The notes under the pieces: model-generated
Seen by the model: only the letters and a program-made list of their open reading frames with translations
Database searches by the model: none
What the model was told of the DNA's origin: nothing
NCBI GenBank assembly: GCA_020632535.1
Contig: JACKFJ010000003.1
Coordinates: 166,166-230,165, forward strand
Length of the DNA: 64,000 nt
Source: Candidatus Omnitrophota bacterium
Lineage (GTDB): Bacteria; Omnitrophota; Gorgyraeia; Zapsychrales; JANLHA01
Reading direction: 5' to 3'
Shown: positions 26,108 through 35,017 of the stretch, in pieces
Layout: each line of letters starts with the position of its first letter
Numbering within the stretch: position 1 is the stretch's first letter
Translations under genes and position numbers: made by a program

Positions 26108-27143
26108 TAAATCGATGCCAATACCGAATTATCATGAATATCGCCAAGAAATATTAAATATTGCATCTTTGCACAAGCTTCACATTCACTCAATTGAGAT
26201 GGACAAAGGACCAAAGGGAGAGCCACTTTTTTGTGACATTCTTTCCACATCAATTGATTCTTCCAAGCCAACATACGTGCATATTGCAGGTTGTCACGGT
26301 GTCGAGGGTTATCTTGGTTCTTTAATTCAACGCAAATATTTGCAATCACTCTCAACTGCACAATTAGCAAAATTTAATATTGTAATTATTCACCCCTTAT
26401 GCCCATACGGAATGGCTTGGTACCGTCGAGTCAATTCGCAAAACATTGACCTTAACCGCAATTTTTTTACCACGACCGAGCGCCCTAACAATCGCGGGTT
26501 TGCCGCCTTATTGCCATTGCTTAACAGCAAAAACAAATTCGAATTCGCAACCCACGTCATCACGACTAGTCTACAAGAAGGTTATGTGGCCAGCCAACGT
26601 GTGCTTGGACAGGGTCAATATCAATTTGCCGACAAACCTTTTTACGGTGGCCACGCAGTACAAGAAGAAATCCTGCAAGTTCTTGGCTACGTCCAAAACC
26701 TATTGCGTGATGTCCACGAATTTACAATATTTGATATTCACAGCGGTCTTGGAAAACCAGGTGTCGAAATGATCTTTGGCTCAGAAGATTTTAATGAACT
26801 CAAGAAAAAACATCCTGAAAAATATTTTACGAATTTAAAGAGTCAGTCTTGGGAAACTACAGGCAATTTAGGGGAAGCCTTTAAGCATTTTTTTGCAAAC
26901 GCCAAAGTGATCCATGTTGTCCTCGAATTTGGGACTGCCGGAAATCTTTTCGTCTTATACGCGCTGACGCAAGATCATCAACATTTTTCGCAAAACAAAA
27001 CTGATCCCAAAAGAATTGAAAGTATGCTGAAAGCCTTTTTTCTGCCAGAACATTTGCAGGATTTTGCCATTGCGCAAGCTTTTAAAACTTTTGAAATAAT
27101 GACTGGAGTAAAAACAGAATATTCCCCAAAAACAACTATTTAA
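26100..27143 (+). CDS. M14-like zinc carboxypeptidase family protein (DUF2817-type)
   Basis: VHIAGCHGVEGYLGS and DLNRNF motifs, plus a later DIHSGLG. The start is either 26100 (overlapping the upstream stop) or 26079. Confidence 0.5.
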   Translation: MSNKSMPIPNYHEYRQEILNIASLHKLHIHSIEMDKGPKGEPLFCDILSTSIDSSKPTYVHIAGCHGVEGYLGSLIQRKYLQSLSTAQLAKFNIVIIHPLCPYGMAWYRRVNSQNIDLNRNFFTTTERPNNRGFAALLPLLNSKNKFEFATHVITTSLQEGYVASQRVLGQGQYQFADKPFYGGHAVQEEILQVLGYVQNLLRDVHEFTIFDIHSGLGKPGVEMIFGSEDFNELKKKHPEKYFTNLKSQSWETTGNLGEAFKHFFANAKVIHVVLEFGTAGNLFVLYALTQDHQHFSQNKTDPKRIESMLKAFFLPEHLQDFAIAQAFKTFEIMTGVKTEYSPKTTI

Positions 27144-27283
27144 TATTTACAGAAACAATTTCTTAATTAGTGATACTGACACAGTTGTCGTAATCCTATC
27201 ACTATTGATTTTCTAGCATTACTTTATGAACTTGCCATGGCGTTTGTTTGAATAATGATAATCAAAAAGCAAAGGAGAACTTA

Positions 27284-28279
27284 ATGAATAAGTTTCGCGC
27301 TTGGAGCGTCTTACTTTTATTTATCTTTTCAATTCTTGGGTCAGGTTGTTCTTCTTCACAAGTTTTTGTCCGGGCAACCGCTGAGGAACTCGAAGCAGTC
27401 CGCGCGTTAAGAAAATCAATAGCAATTATTCCCTACACCGAAGAAGGAACCCAGATCACAGGAATCAGTCCGCTGCTTAATGAAAAATTAGCTGACTATT
27501 TAAGCTATAACTTTAAGATCATTGACCCCATGTCAGTTCAACAAGCGCTCGACTCAAAAAAACCATCCCTAAATGATTGGGCACAACTTGTTGAAATAGG
27601 CAAAACCCTTGGAGCAGATTACATTATGGTTGGAAACGCCACGGTTAACATCACAGGCCCAAAGATTAGATATACTTTACCCGAATTCAAGAATAAAGAG
27701 TTTTACGCTAAAGTTTGGACCGAGACGGAAGGTCGCACAGATCTTTCAATAAAAATGATTTCTACAAAAAACGGCGCGGTTGTATATTCTGATGATTATT
27801 GGGGAACTCATCTCGATCGCAGCGATACAGTTAAATTCAACAATCTTCTCCAATATAACAAGGCAATTGATGCCACTAAAATGACGAAGGAAGTCATGCG
27901 TGGCGCTGAAGTATTATCTAGTCTAAAAGGTAAACACCTTGACCTTGTGGAAAAATCTATGGATCCAGCTTTAAATCTCTTACGCAAAAATCTGCGCAAC
28001 TATCTTGTTCAATATGGTGAAGTCCTTAAGGTTATTTCTGACAAAGAAATATTAGTTAACCTTGGATCAGCTTACGGACTTAAGCCCGGAGATAATTTAA
28101 GCGTTTGGCGTGAAAGTGAATCGATCAAAGATCCTAATACTGGACGCGTGATCATCCCCAAAGAAAGAGTAGGAGTTGTAATCATCGACCGCGTAACCTC
28201 TGGCCTTTCTTGTGTGGCTAAGGGAAAACCAAAAGAAATTAAGGCTATGCAAATCGGAAATAAAGTCTATATGCATTAA
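27284..28279 (+). CDS. Lipoprotein, function unknown
   Basis: ATG 27284 follows AAGGAG. MNKFRAWSVLLLFIFSILGSGC carries a lipobox. The upstream TTG in the track is rejected. Confidence 0.5.
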   Translation: MNKFRAWSVLLLFIFSILGSGCSSSQVFVRATAEELEAVRALRKSIAIIPYTEEGTQITGISPLLNEKLADYLSYNFKIIDPMSVQQALDSKKPSLNDWAQLVEIGKTLGADYIMVGNATVNITGPKIRYTLPEFKNKEFYAKVWTETEGRTDLSIKMISTKNGAVVYSDDYWGTHLDRSDTVKFNNLLQYNKAIDATKMTKEVMRGAEVLSSLKGKHLDLVEKSMDPALNLLRKNLRNYLVQYGEVLKVISDKEILVNLGSAYGLKPGDNLSVWRESESIKDPNTGRVIIPKERVGVVIIDRVTSGLSCVAKGKPKEIKAMQIGNKVYMH

Positions 28280-28548
28280 CAAAATGATATACGACTCAAT
28301 TTGCTAATGTGGCAAGTTTATTAATAAGTATGGACGATCGAGGATATTGACCCATCCCATGGAATCGTGATTCTCTAATTTTTCCTGAATATCGGGATTA
28401 ACTTACGCGCAATTCTCAATCCGCTATATTTCTTTCTGCAAACTATTTTCCGATTGTGCCAAATCGTTCCCTTACTTGGTCGCTGGCAATCGCAGAACAT
28501 TTTTATCTTTTATATCCACTTTGCTTTTGGGCTGTTATTTATTAAGGG

Positions 28549-28578
28549 TTGACTCTACTCTGCTGTTTTTGTTACAAT
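28549..28578 (+). promoter_or_regulatory. Candidate promoter, TTGACT-18-TACAAT
   Basis: -35 at 28549-28554 and -10 at 28573-28578, within a 400-bp non-coding gap about 100 nt upstream of the DUF883 gene. Confidence 0.45.
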
Positions 28579-28679
28579 CAATCAAGCAAGAAATTTAAGC
28601 ATGAATTTATTGAATCCGCTCTACAAAATCAATAAAGATCACTCACAACTAAGAATCATTAATCATAAAGGAGAGTGCC

Positions 28680-29024
28680 ATGACAGTCGAAACCCAAAAC
28701 AGAACCAGCAATACCAAGATCAGTGAAGCTCTCGAATTATTAAATGAGGCGGCTATTGAAAAAAAAGATGAACTCAAAGGCTTAATGACGAATAAGTATG
28801 CGCATATTCGTGAAGCCATGGTGTCAGGATTAGAACGCAGCAAGGACTTTATCAAGAGTAATCAAGAGTTAGCGCAAGAAGCGCTTGCCAAGGGACAAGA
28901 AAAAGCTAAAGAAATCGCAAGCGATGTAGACAAACGAGTACACAAAGATCCTTGGGTCTATATTGCCGGCGCGGCGGTTGCATCTTTAGTTCTAGGGTAT
29001 TTAATGGGATCAAGTCGAAAATAG
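28680..29024 (+). CDS. DUF883 (ElaB/YqjD-like) tail-anchored stress protein
   Basis: Coiled N-terminal part and the C-terminal KDPWVYIAGAAVASLVLGYLMG anchor. A strong AAGGAG RBS is present. Confidence 0.7.
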   Translation: MTVETQNRTSNTKISEALELLNEAAIEKKDELKGLMTNKYAHIREAMVSGLERSKDFIKSNQELAQEALAKGQEKAKEIASDVDKRVHKDPWVYIAGAAVASLVLGYLMGSSRK

Positions 29025-29049
29025 TTTTTAAATTTGAAAAGGCAGGACA

Positions 29050-29460
29050 ATGATTCAACAAATAATAAAAAAAATACTTTCGTCGTTTGTGCTCGTCAAA
29101 GTTATTAAAAACTACAAAAGCCGCTCGTCCTTGATGAAAATCAATGCCGCGAAAGCTTATGTTCACGGTGTGCGCAAAACACGAATGTTATTTATTGGTA
29201 TTTTGATTGTGTCGATCAGTTTTGTCTTTTTAATCAACGGACTGATTTTGATTCAAAACGCGCTGTTTACGTTTTCCATGTGGAGCAATGAAACAAAGTT
29301 CATCGTAGCCCTTTGGCTGGGTGGAATTGAATTCCTTGCCGCGGTCGGTGTTTTTGTCTATTTGCTCCGCGAAAACACATGGAGTCAATTCTTTAGGATC
29401 AACGAAGTCGTCCGTTTTGTTCTCGGCGATAAACCAAAAAGAAAAGCAGGGACGCGTTAA
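29050..29460 (+). CDS. YqjE-like (holin-X superfamily) membrane protein
   Basis: Two long TM hairpins, and a position immediately after the YqjD-like gene as in the yqjD-yqjE arrangement. Confidence 0.4.
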   Translation: MIQQIIKKILSSFVLVKVIKNYKSRSSLMKINAAKAYVHGVRKTRMLFIGILIVSISFVFLINGLILIQNALFTFSMWSNETKFIVALWLGGIEFLAAVGVFVYLLRENTWSQFFRINEVVRFVLGDKPKRKAGTR

Positions 29461-29520
29461 ATTTATTACAATCTCGTAAAAAAGTTACACACTAAACAAA
29501 GAACATAAAGGAGAGTTTAA

Positions 29521-29943
29521 ATGAAGAAAATCATTGGTCTTATCGTTGCTGGTCTCTTAATCAGCAGCAGTCAAGTGTTTGCACATTGTGGAAAATGTGG
29601 TGTTGGAGATGCTCATCCCGAGTCTGATGTCAGCGCCATGGTAACAAAAAAATCGGACATGTTAGCCAAAGAATTAAAATTATCCGACGAGCAAAAAACC
29701 AAGGTGCAAGCGATTCTCAAAGAAAAAATGGATAAAAAAGCAAAAATCATGGATGAAAAACACGCGGCCATGACTTCGCTTCACGAAGAATTTAAAGCAA
29801 AATTAGGCACTGTCCTAACCCCAGAGCAAATGAAAAACTGGGAAGCCATGATGGACAAATCAAGCGAAAAAGGCGTAAAATGCCCCATGTGCAAAGATGG
29901 TAAAATGTGCAAAATGTGCCAGCTCAAAAAAGCTGACAAGTAA
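29521..29943 (+). CDS. Periplasmic Spy/CpxP-like helical protein with terminal Cys clusters
   Basis: Signal peptide; LSDEQKTKVQAIL and LTPEQMKNWEAMM (LTxxQ-like); HCGKCG near the N-terminus and CPMCKDGKMCKMC at the C-terminus. Confidence 0.4.
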   Translation: MKKIIGLIVAGLLISSSQVFAHCGKCGVGDAHPESDVSAMVTKKSDMLAKELKLSDEQKTKVQAILKEKMDKKAKIMDEKHAAMTSLHEEFKAKLGTVLTPEQMKNWEAMMDKSSEKGVKCPMCKDGKMCKMCQLKKADK

Positions 29944-29951
29944 TTAAAAAA

Positions 29952-30001
29952 TGGGCCATATTGAGTTTTTTATACAAAAACCAATATGGCCCAAACTTTT
30001 T
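29952..30001 (+). terminator. Hairpin terminator candidate
   Basis: TGGGCCATATT (29952-29962) pairs with AATATGGCCCA (29983-29993), with a 20-nt loop, followed by AACTTTTT. Confidence 0.5.
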
Positions 30002-30017
30002 CACCAAAATAGCTTTA

Positions 30018-30797
30018 ATGCGTATTTTAATTTTAATATTCATCGTAATCATCAATTTTAATAGTGCACCTGCACATGCTAAAGATGATTTCTTCACCGC
30101 GTGTGATGTTTCAGGAAGTACGACACTGTATGATTTAAATAAGAATCAATGGTACAAAACAAACGCGCAAGATACACAGATGCAGACTCTTCCGGCATCA
30201 ACGTTTAAGATTTTTCATACTTTGATTGGGCTTGAAACAGGCGCAACGACTCTCGATGAATTGTTCAAATGGGATGGCACTGTAAGAGAGTATCCCGCTT
30301 GGAATCAAGACACCCAACTATATGATGCGTTTAAAAATTCGACCGTGTGGGTTTATGAAGAATTAGCTAAACGTATTGATATCACGATTTATCAAAAATA
30401 TTTAAGTATGTCCGAATATGAGGGAAATGGTAATATTAACCACGGGCAGAATGGGAATTTCTGGGTTTATGGCAACTGGGGTATTTCACCTAAAGAACAA
30501 ATTAACATGCTGGTTAAACTGTATCAGAACAAATTGCCTTTTTCGATTTCGACCATGGACGCAGTAAAAAAGTTTATGAAAGAAGGGAATACCTACGGGA
30601 AAACGGGGTGGACGCGCTCAAACGGTCAACACATCGGGTGGTGGATTGGCTATAAAGATTTATCAAATGGACCAATCTTTTTTGCGACGCGTATTCGTAA
30701 AGACACGGATCAAGAGCTTGGCAATTTCATATCGTGTCGAAAAACGATCACAGATCAAATTATAGTAAGTCAGATCGAAAAACTAGCAACAGAATGA
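30018..30797 (+). CDS. Class D (OXA-type) beta-lactamase
   Basis: Signal peptide; active-site STFK (PASTFKIF), an SxV element (NSTVW), YGN (WVYGNW) and KTG (YGKTGWT). ATG 30018 is used because the TTG at 29961 lies inside the terminator hairpin. Confidence 0.8.
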   Translation: MRILILIFIVIINFNSAPAHAKDDFFTACDVSGSTTLYDLNKNQWYKTNAQDTQMQTLPASTFKIFHTLIGLETGATTLDELFKWDGTVREYPAWNQDTQLYDAFKNSTVWVYEELAKRIDITIYQKYLSMSEYEGNGNINHGQNGNFWVYGNWGISPKEQINMLVKLYQNKLPFSISTMDAVKKFMKEGNTYGKTGWTRSNGQHIGWWIGYKDLSNGPIFFATRIRKDTDQELGNFISCRKTITDQIIVSQIEKLATE

Positions 30798-30842
30798 TTT
30801 TTGTCTTGATTTTAAAGTTGAGGGACATCACTAAAACACAAA

Positions 30843-31127
30843 ATGAACCTAAAAAAAACTAAATTTTCTCCGGCTTGGATCTGTTTTTCCTTAGTGCTCT
30901 TAAGCTTACCATTCGCATATGTCGCCGTCGTGTGTCATTCGTATGCTTATCCGCAGTCCCGATTTGTCATTGATATGTCAGCGAGAGCATTATTGCTGGC
31001 CTTACCATTTTGCTTAGGTTTAAGCGCATTTGGATATTATAAAAATAAAAAGTGGGCACAACGCACAGCCCGCTATTCAGCGATTATTTTCGGGCTAATT
31101 GTTATGTGTCTTGTGATATTAAGGTAA
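30843..31127 (+). CDS. Small three-TM membrane protein
   Basis: 94 aa, hydrophobic. No motif recognised. Confidence 0.35.
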   Translation: MNLKKTKFSPAWICFSLVLLSLPFAYVAVVCHSYAYPQSRFVIDMSARALLLALPFCLGLSAFGYYKNKKWAQRTARYSAIIFGLIVMCLVILR

Positions 31128-31133
31128 TGTGAA

Positions 31134-32261
31134 TTAAAATGAAGGGCTATCAATTTCTTCTGACCAAGCTTGCATGCCGCCAATGACATTATAAACGTTC
31201 TCGTAACCTTGCGACTTGAGAAATCCTACCACACGGGCACTGCGTCCCCCAGCATGACAATAGCAGTAAACCGGCTTATCTTTTGGAATGTCCTGATAAT
31301 TATCCTGCAATTGACTCATAGGTTTTAAATGCGCGCCCTCGATTCGGTCCACATCCCATTCCTCTTGTTCACGCACGTCGAGCAGATACAAATCCGGATT
31401 TTTGTCACGCAACTCTTTAAGCTCACGAACACTGACTTGTAACATCATTTGACTCATCTTTCCAGAAGCACACTCCCAAGAATATTCTTCAAGCTTCTTA
31501 ATTGTCGGATGCGCCCCACACAAAGGACACTCCGGATCATTTTTAATTTTTACTTCCCGCCAACACGCGGACAAAGCATCAAAAATAAGCAAACGTCCCA
31601 ACAACGATTCGCCCATCCCACAAATTCCTTTGATCGCTTCATTAGCTTGCATCAAACCAATGATTCCGGGAATCACACCAATGACGCCGGCTTCAACACA
31701 GGAAGGCATTTCTTCCGGCGACGGCATTTCGCGAAAAATACAGCGATAGCAGGGACCGCTAGCACCAAACACACTGACTTGACCTTCAAATTGATATACA
31801 CCGCCAAAAATAAAGTTTTTCTTTAAAAAAAAGCACGCATCATTAATCAAATAGCGGGAAGGAAGATTATCCGTCCCATCAATGACCACATCATAATCAT
31901 CAATAATCGATTGAGCATTCTGTACAGTCAATCTTTCTTGATAGGTAACAATTTTGACATTTGGATTGATTTGCGTTAATTTTTCTGACGCGGAAACAAC
32001 TTTGGGCTTATCAACATCGGGAGTAAAATGCAGAATTTGCCGATGCAGGTTTGACAACGACACCTTATCCGGATCGATTAGTCCGATTGTGCCAACACCC
32101 GCCGCGGCCAAATAAATTGCCGGAGCTGAACCTAAGCCGCCGGCACCGACAAAAAGGACACGAGCATTCTTTAATTTCGTCTGGCCTGTTAATCCAAACT
32201 GCGGGAGAATAGTCTGCCGGCTGTAACGAACTTTTTCGGACTGAGAGAATTGCGCATCCAT
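31134..32261 (-). CDS. moeZ: MoeB/ThiF-type adenylyltransferase fused to a rhodanese domain (MoeZ-type E1)
   Basis: YSRQTILPQFG, VGAGGLGS, two CxxC pairs (CYRC, CPLC), and a C-terminal rhodanese active-site loop CYCHAGGRS. Confidence 0.85.
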   Translation of the reverse strand: MDAQFSQSEKVRYSRQTILPQFGLTGQTKLKNARVLFVGAGGLGSAPAIYLAAAGVGTIGLIDPDKVSLSNLHRQILHFTPDVDKPKVVSASEKLTQINPNVKIVTYQERLTVQNAQSIIDDYDVVIDGTDNLPSRYLINDACFFLKKNFIFGGVYQFEGQVSVFGASGPCYRCIFREMPSPEEMPSCVEAGVIGVIPGIIGLMQANEAIKGICGMGESLLGRLLIFDALSACWREVKIKNDPECPLCGAHPTIKKLEEYSWECASGKMSQMMLQVSVRELKELRDKNPDLYLLDVREQEEWDVDRIEGAHLKPMSQLQDNYQDIPKDKPVYCYCHAGGRSARVVGFLKSQGYENVYNVIGGMQAWSEEIDSPSF

Positions 32262-32292
32262 AGTGGTTTTATTGTAATAAAAAATTTAAAAA

Positions 32293-32321
32293 TTGAAAGT
32301 CAAAATAATTACAGATATAAT
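32293..32321 (+). promoter_or_regulatory. Candidate promoter, TTGAAA-17-TATAAT, for the BNR/Ubl pair
   Basis: -35 at 32293-32298 and -10 at 32316-32321, in the 93-bp divergent spacer. A GGAGGG RBS precedes ATG 32355. Confidence 0.45.
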
Positions 32322-32354
32322 TTGACCGTCTTTAAATTTTAAGCGGAGGGTGCT

Positions 32355-33542
32355 ATGAGTCAAGTCCGTGTTTTGGTCGGAACCAAAAAGGGCGCGTTTA
32401 TTTTGACATCCGACGGACAACGTAAAAAGTGGAACGTCGACGGCCCGCATTTTGCCGGCTGGGAAATTTATCATATCAAAGGTTCTCCGATTGACCCCAA
32501 ACGCATTTACGTTTCACAATCCAGCGGCTGGTTTGGCCAAATCATTCAGCGTTCCGATGACGGCGGCAAAACATGGCATCAGCCCGGAACACCCGCTGGA
32601 TCGCCTACCACAACAGCCGATGGCACGCCTTTAGCCGAAAGCAATAAATTCGTTTATGACACGTCCGACAAAACCGGAAAGCCTTTAACAACACACCAGT
32701 GGTACGACGGAACCCAGCATCCATGGGAATTTAAACGTATCTGGCATTTGGAACCATCGCTTACCGATCCCGATTTGGTTTATGCCGGAGCCGAAGACGC
32801 GGCCATGTTTGTTTCCAAAGATGGTGGAAAAAACTGGAAAGAACTTGCTGGCCTGCGCGGTCATAATTCCGGAAAACAATGGATGCCCGGCGCCGGAGGC
32901 ATGGGTCTGCACACTATTTTGATTGATCCTAAAAATCCTAACCGCATGTTTGTCGCAATTTCCGCGGCGGGAGCATTTCGCACAGAAGACGCCGGAAAAA
33001 CATGGAAACCGATTAACCGCGGTTTAAAATCACAATTTATGCCTGATCCAGAAGCGGAAGTAGGACATTGCGTCCACCGTATCGCGTTTCATCCGTCGAA
33101 GCCGGATGTTTTATATATGCAAAAACATTGGGACATTATGCGCAGCGACAACAGCGGGGACAGCTGGCACAAAATCAGCGGCAATCTACCGACGGATTTT
33201 GGGTTTCCGATCGAAGTCCATGCCCACAATCCAAAAACTGTTTACGTCGTCCCAATCAAAAGTGACTCAGAACATTTTCCACTTGAAGGAAAACTTCGCG
33301 TCTACCGCAGTAAAACCGGCGGAAACGAATGGGAAGCGCTTACCAAAGGCCTGCCGCAAAAAGACTGTTACGTAAACATTCTGCGTGACGCATCATCCAT
33401 CGACACCCTTGATGACTGCGGAATTTATTTTGGAACAACCGGCGGACAGGTTTATGTTTCTGCAAATAGCGGGGACAGCTGGGAAACAATTGTGCACGAT
33501 CTTCCCGCCGTTTTATCGGTTGAGACTCAGGTATTCAAATGA
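32355..33542 (+). CDS. Cytoplasmic BNR/Asp-box repeat beta-propeller protein
   Basis: Six Asp-box-like motifs: [40 protein letters not shown] and SANSGDSW. No signal peptide. Confidence 0.75.
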   Translation: MSQVRVLVGTKKGAFILTSDGQRKKWNVDGPHFAGWEIYHIKGSPIDPKRIYVSQSSGWFGQIIQRSDDGGKTWHQPGTPAGSPTTTADGTPLAESNKFVYDTSDKTGKPLTTHQWYDGTQHPWEFKRIWHLEPSLTDPDLVYAGAEDAAMFVSKDGGKNWKELAGLRGHNSGKQWMPGAGGMGLHTILIDPKNPNRMFVAISAAGAFRTEDAGKTWKPINRGLKSQFMPDPEAEVGHCVHRIAFHPSKPDVLYMQKHWDIMRSDNSGDSWHKISGNLPTDFGFPIEVHAHNPKTVYVVPIKSDSEHFPLEGKLRVYRSKTGGNEWEALTKGLPQKDCYVNILRDASSIDTLDDCGIYFGTTGGQVYVSANSGDSWETIVHDLPAVLSVETQVFK

Positions 33543-33835
33543 TCCGCGTCGTTCTTCCAGCGCATCTGCGAACATTGGCGGCGATCCAAGACGAAGTAAC
33601 GCTCCAAGTCAAAGGTAAGCTCACGATCAAAACGCTTCTCGACGAGCTCGAGGGAAAGTATCCAATGTTGCGCGGCACGATCCGCGAGCACATAACTTTC
33701 AAACGACGTCCTTTTTTACGTTATTTTGCCTGTCAGGAAGACCTTTCACATGAATCGCCGGATACACCATTACCCGAGGCCGTGGTATCAGGAAAAGAGC
33801 CATTTCTCGTTGTGGGGTCTGTGGCGGGGGGATAG
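33539..33835 (+). CDS. MoaD/ThiS/CysO-like beta-grasp sulfur-carrier (ubiquitin-like) protein ending in Gly-Gly
   Basis: 98 aa. The C-terminus is ...[10 protein letters not shown] followed by a stop. The internal [14 protein letters not shown] resembles the CysO HRFVNIYVNDEDV block. There is an ATGA overlap with the BNR gene stop. Confidence 0.7.
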   Translation: MIRVVLPAHLRTLAAIQDEVTLQVKGKLTIKTLLDELEGKYPMLRGTIREHITFKRRPFLRYFACQEDLSHESPDTPLPEAVVSGKEPFLVVGSVAGG

Positions 33836-33948
33836 CTGTCAACTATTCATTTTGCACAGTTCACCGTTGTAAATCAGCGATATATTTTCAAAAAAGTGGA
33901 AAACGTCCTGCTTTTTAAATTTGAGAATTCGGAGATAATAAATTTAAT

Positions 33949-34788
33949 ATGGATTATTTCGTCAACCTAAAGACCTCCTCGCAATGGACTAAACGAACAT
34001 TTTCCTCAATATCAATATTGATTTTGTGCTTAACATTCGCCACACCCGCTCATACTTGGGGTCTCAAGAAAGAATTAAATAATCCAGAAACAGCATCAAC
34101 CTGTCTCACCGTCAAAGCTCTAAAAAATAAAGAAATTGTTTATTCGCTTAAAATCGATCCTGAATTTTTGAATAATTTCCCCGTTTCCGAACTTTCTCTT
34201 GAAATTGAAACAGCCTTGCGAATATGGTTAATTCATCTCGAAAAACTCTCCGGAAGCCATGTCAAAATATCTCGCAACGAAAACACTGACCAGTCCGATT
34301 TGGTTGTAGAAATCGGCCGTCGTGAGCCCGGGGATGATTCAAACGGAGCTTTCACTCAAACAATTTTGCAACCGGCTCCGCAAAGAAATTTTATCAAAGT
34401 TAAGATCAACGCTGATCTTATGTCATCCAAAACCCAAACTAGCTATCAATACCAAAGAATTTCCAAGTTTCTCGAGCACGATGAGAGCCTTGAGTCTATG
34501 TTGGAAGAAATATCATTTCAAGAGCCTCAAACATTAGATGAGTTTGCAAATCGTCGGAACATCACTCACGCCGACGTATTTTGGACACCATATCGCGTGT
34601 TTAGCCATGAGTTCGGTCATGCTTTTGGCCTATGCGATACAAACCCAGATCTCTTTGAGGCACAGTGCGACCCAGAATATCGTTCAACACCACCACAACG
34701 ACCAAGTATCATGCTGTATTCTAATTTTTTTTATTTAACAAACGATGATTTAGAAGGGTTAAAAACATTGATCATGCGGTTTATTTAA
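33949..34788 (+). CDS. Secreted metzincin-like zinc metalloprotease
   Basis: Signal peptide and the HEFGHAFGLCD motif (HExxHxxGxxD). Confidence 0.55.
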   Translation: MDYFVNLKTSSQWTKRTFSSISILILCLTFATPAHTWGLKKELNNPETASTCLTVKALKNKEIVYSLKIDPEFLNNFPVSELSLEIETALRIWLIHLEKLSGSHVKISRNENTDQSDLVVEIGRREPGDDSNGAFTQTILQPAPQRNFIKVKINADLMSSKTQTSYQYQRISKFLEHDESLESMLEEISFQEPQTLDEFANRRNITHADVFWTPYRVFSHEFGHAFGLCDTNPDLFEAQCDPEYRSTPPQRPSIMLYSNFFYLTNDDLEGLKTLIMRFI

Positions 34789-34898
34789 CAATTAATATGT
34801 GCCGCGGAATTCAATAATGGAAAAAAGATAACAAAGTCGGTCGTAAGGGAATTCATGCACAGCAGCTTACTCACAATGGACAAAACGGACATTTTTCT

Positions 34899-34924
34899 CA
34901 ATTGTGAACGCGCGTTCACAATTG
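34899..34924. promoter_or_regulatory. Perfect 26-bp palindrome CAATTGTGAACGC|GCGTTCACAATTG (operator candidate)
   Basis: An exact reverse-complement palindrome whose right end overlaps the -35 hexamer of the promoter below. An extra half-site-like TCACAAT lies at about 34871. Confidence 0.6.
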
Positions 34925-34950
34925 CCTTTTTATCCTAAAACCGTTATAAT
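34922..34950 (+). promoter_or_regulatory. Candidate promoter, TTGCCT-17-TATAAT
   Basis: -35 at 34922-34927 and -10 at 34945-34950, 67 nt upstream of ATG 35018. Confidence 0.45.
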
Positions 34951-35017
34951 CACGACATTGTTAGTAAATGTTGCACATCTGGAAATATTCCGGATCATTG
35001 CGTAGTTCCAGCAAATA

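Noticed and set aside
29961-30017. A TTG start that extends the beta-lactamase ORF upstream.
   Set aside because: The extra 19 codons are encoded by the terminator hairpin of the upstream gene. ATG 30018 yields a normal signal peptide.
34899-34924. Calling the palindrome a CRP binding site.
   Set aside because: The half-sites contain TGTGA/TCACA, but the central spacer is 8 nt rather than the CRP-typical 6, and no CRP-family gene is nearby. I keep it as an unassigned operator.
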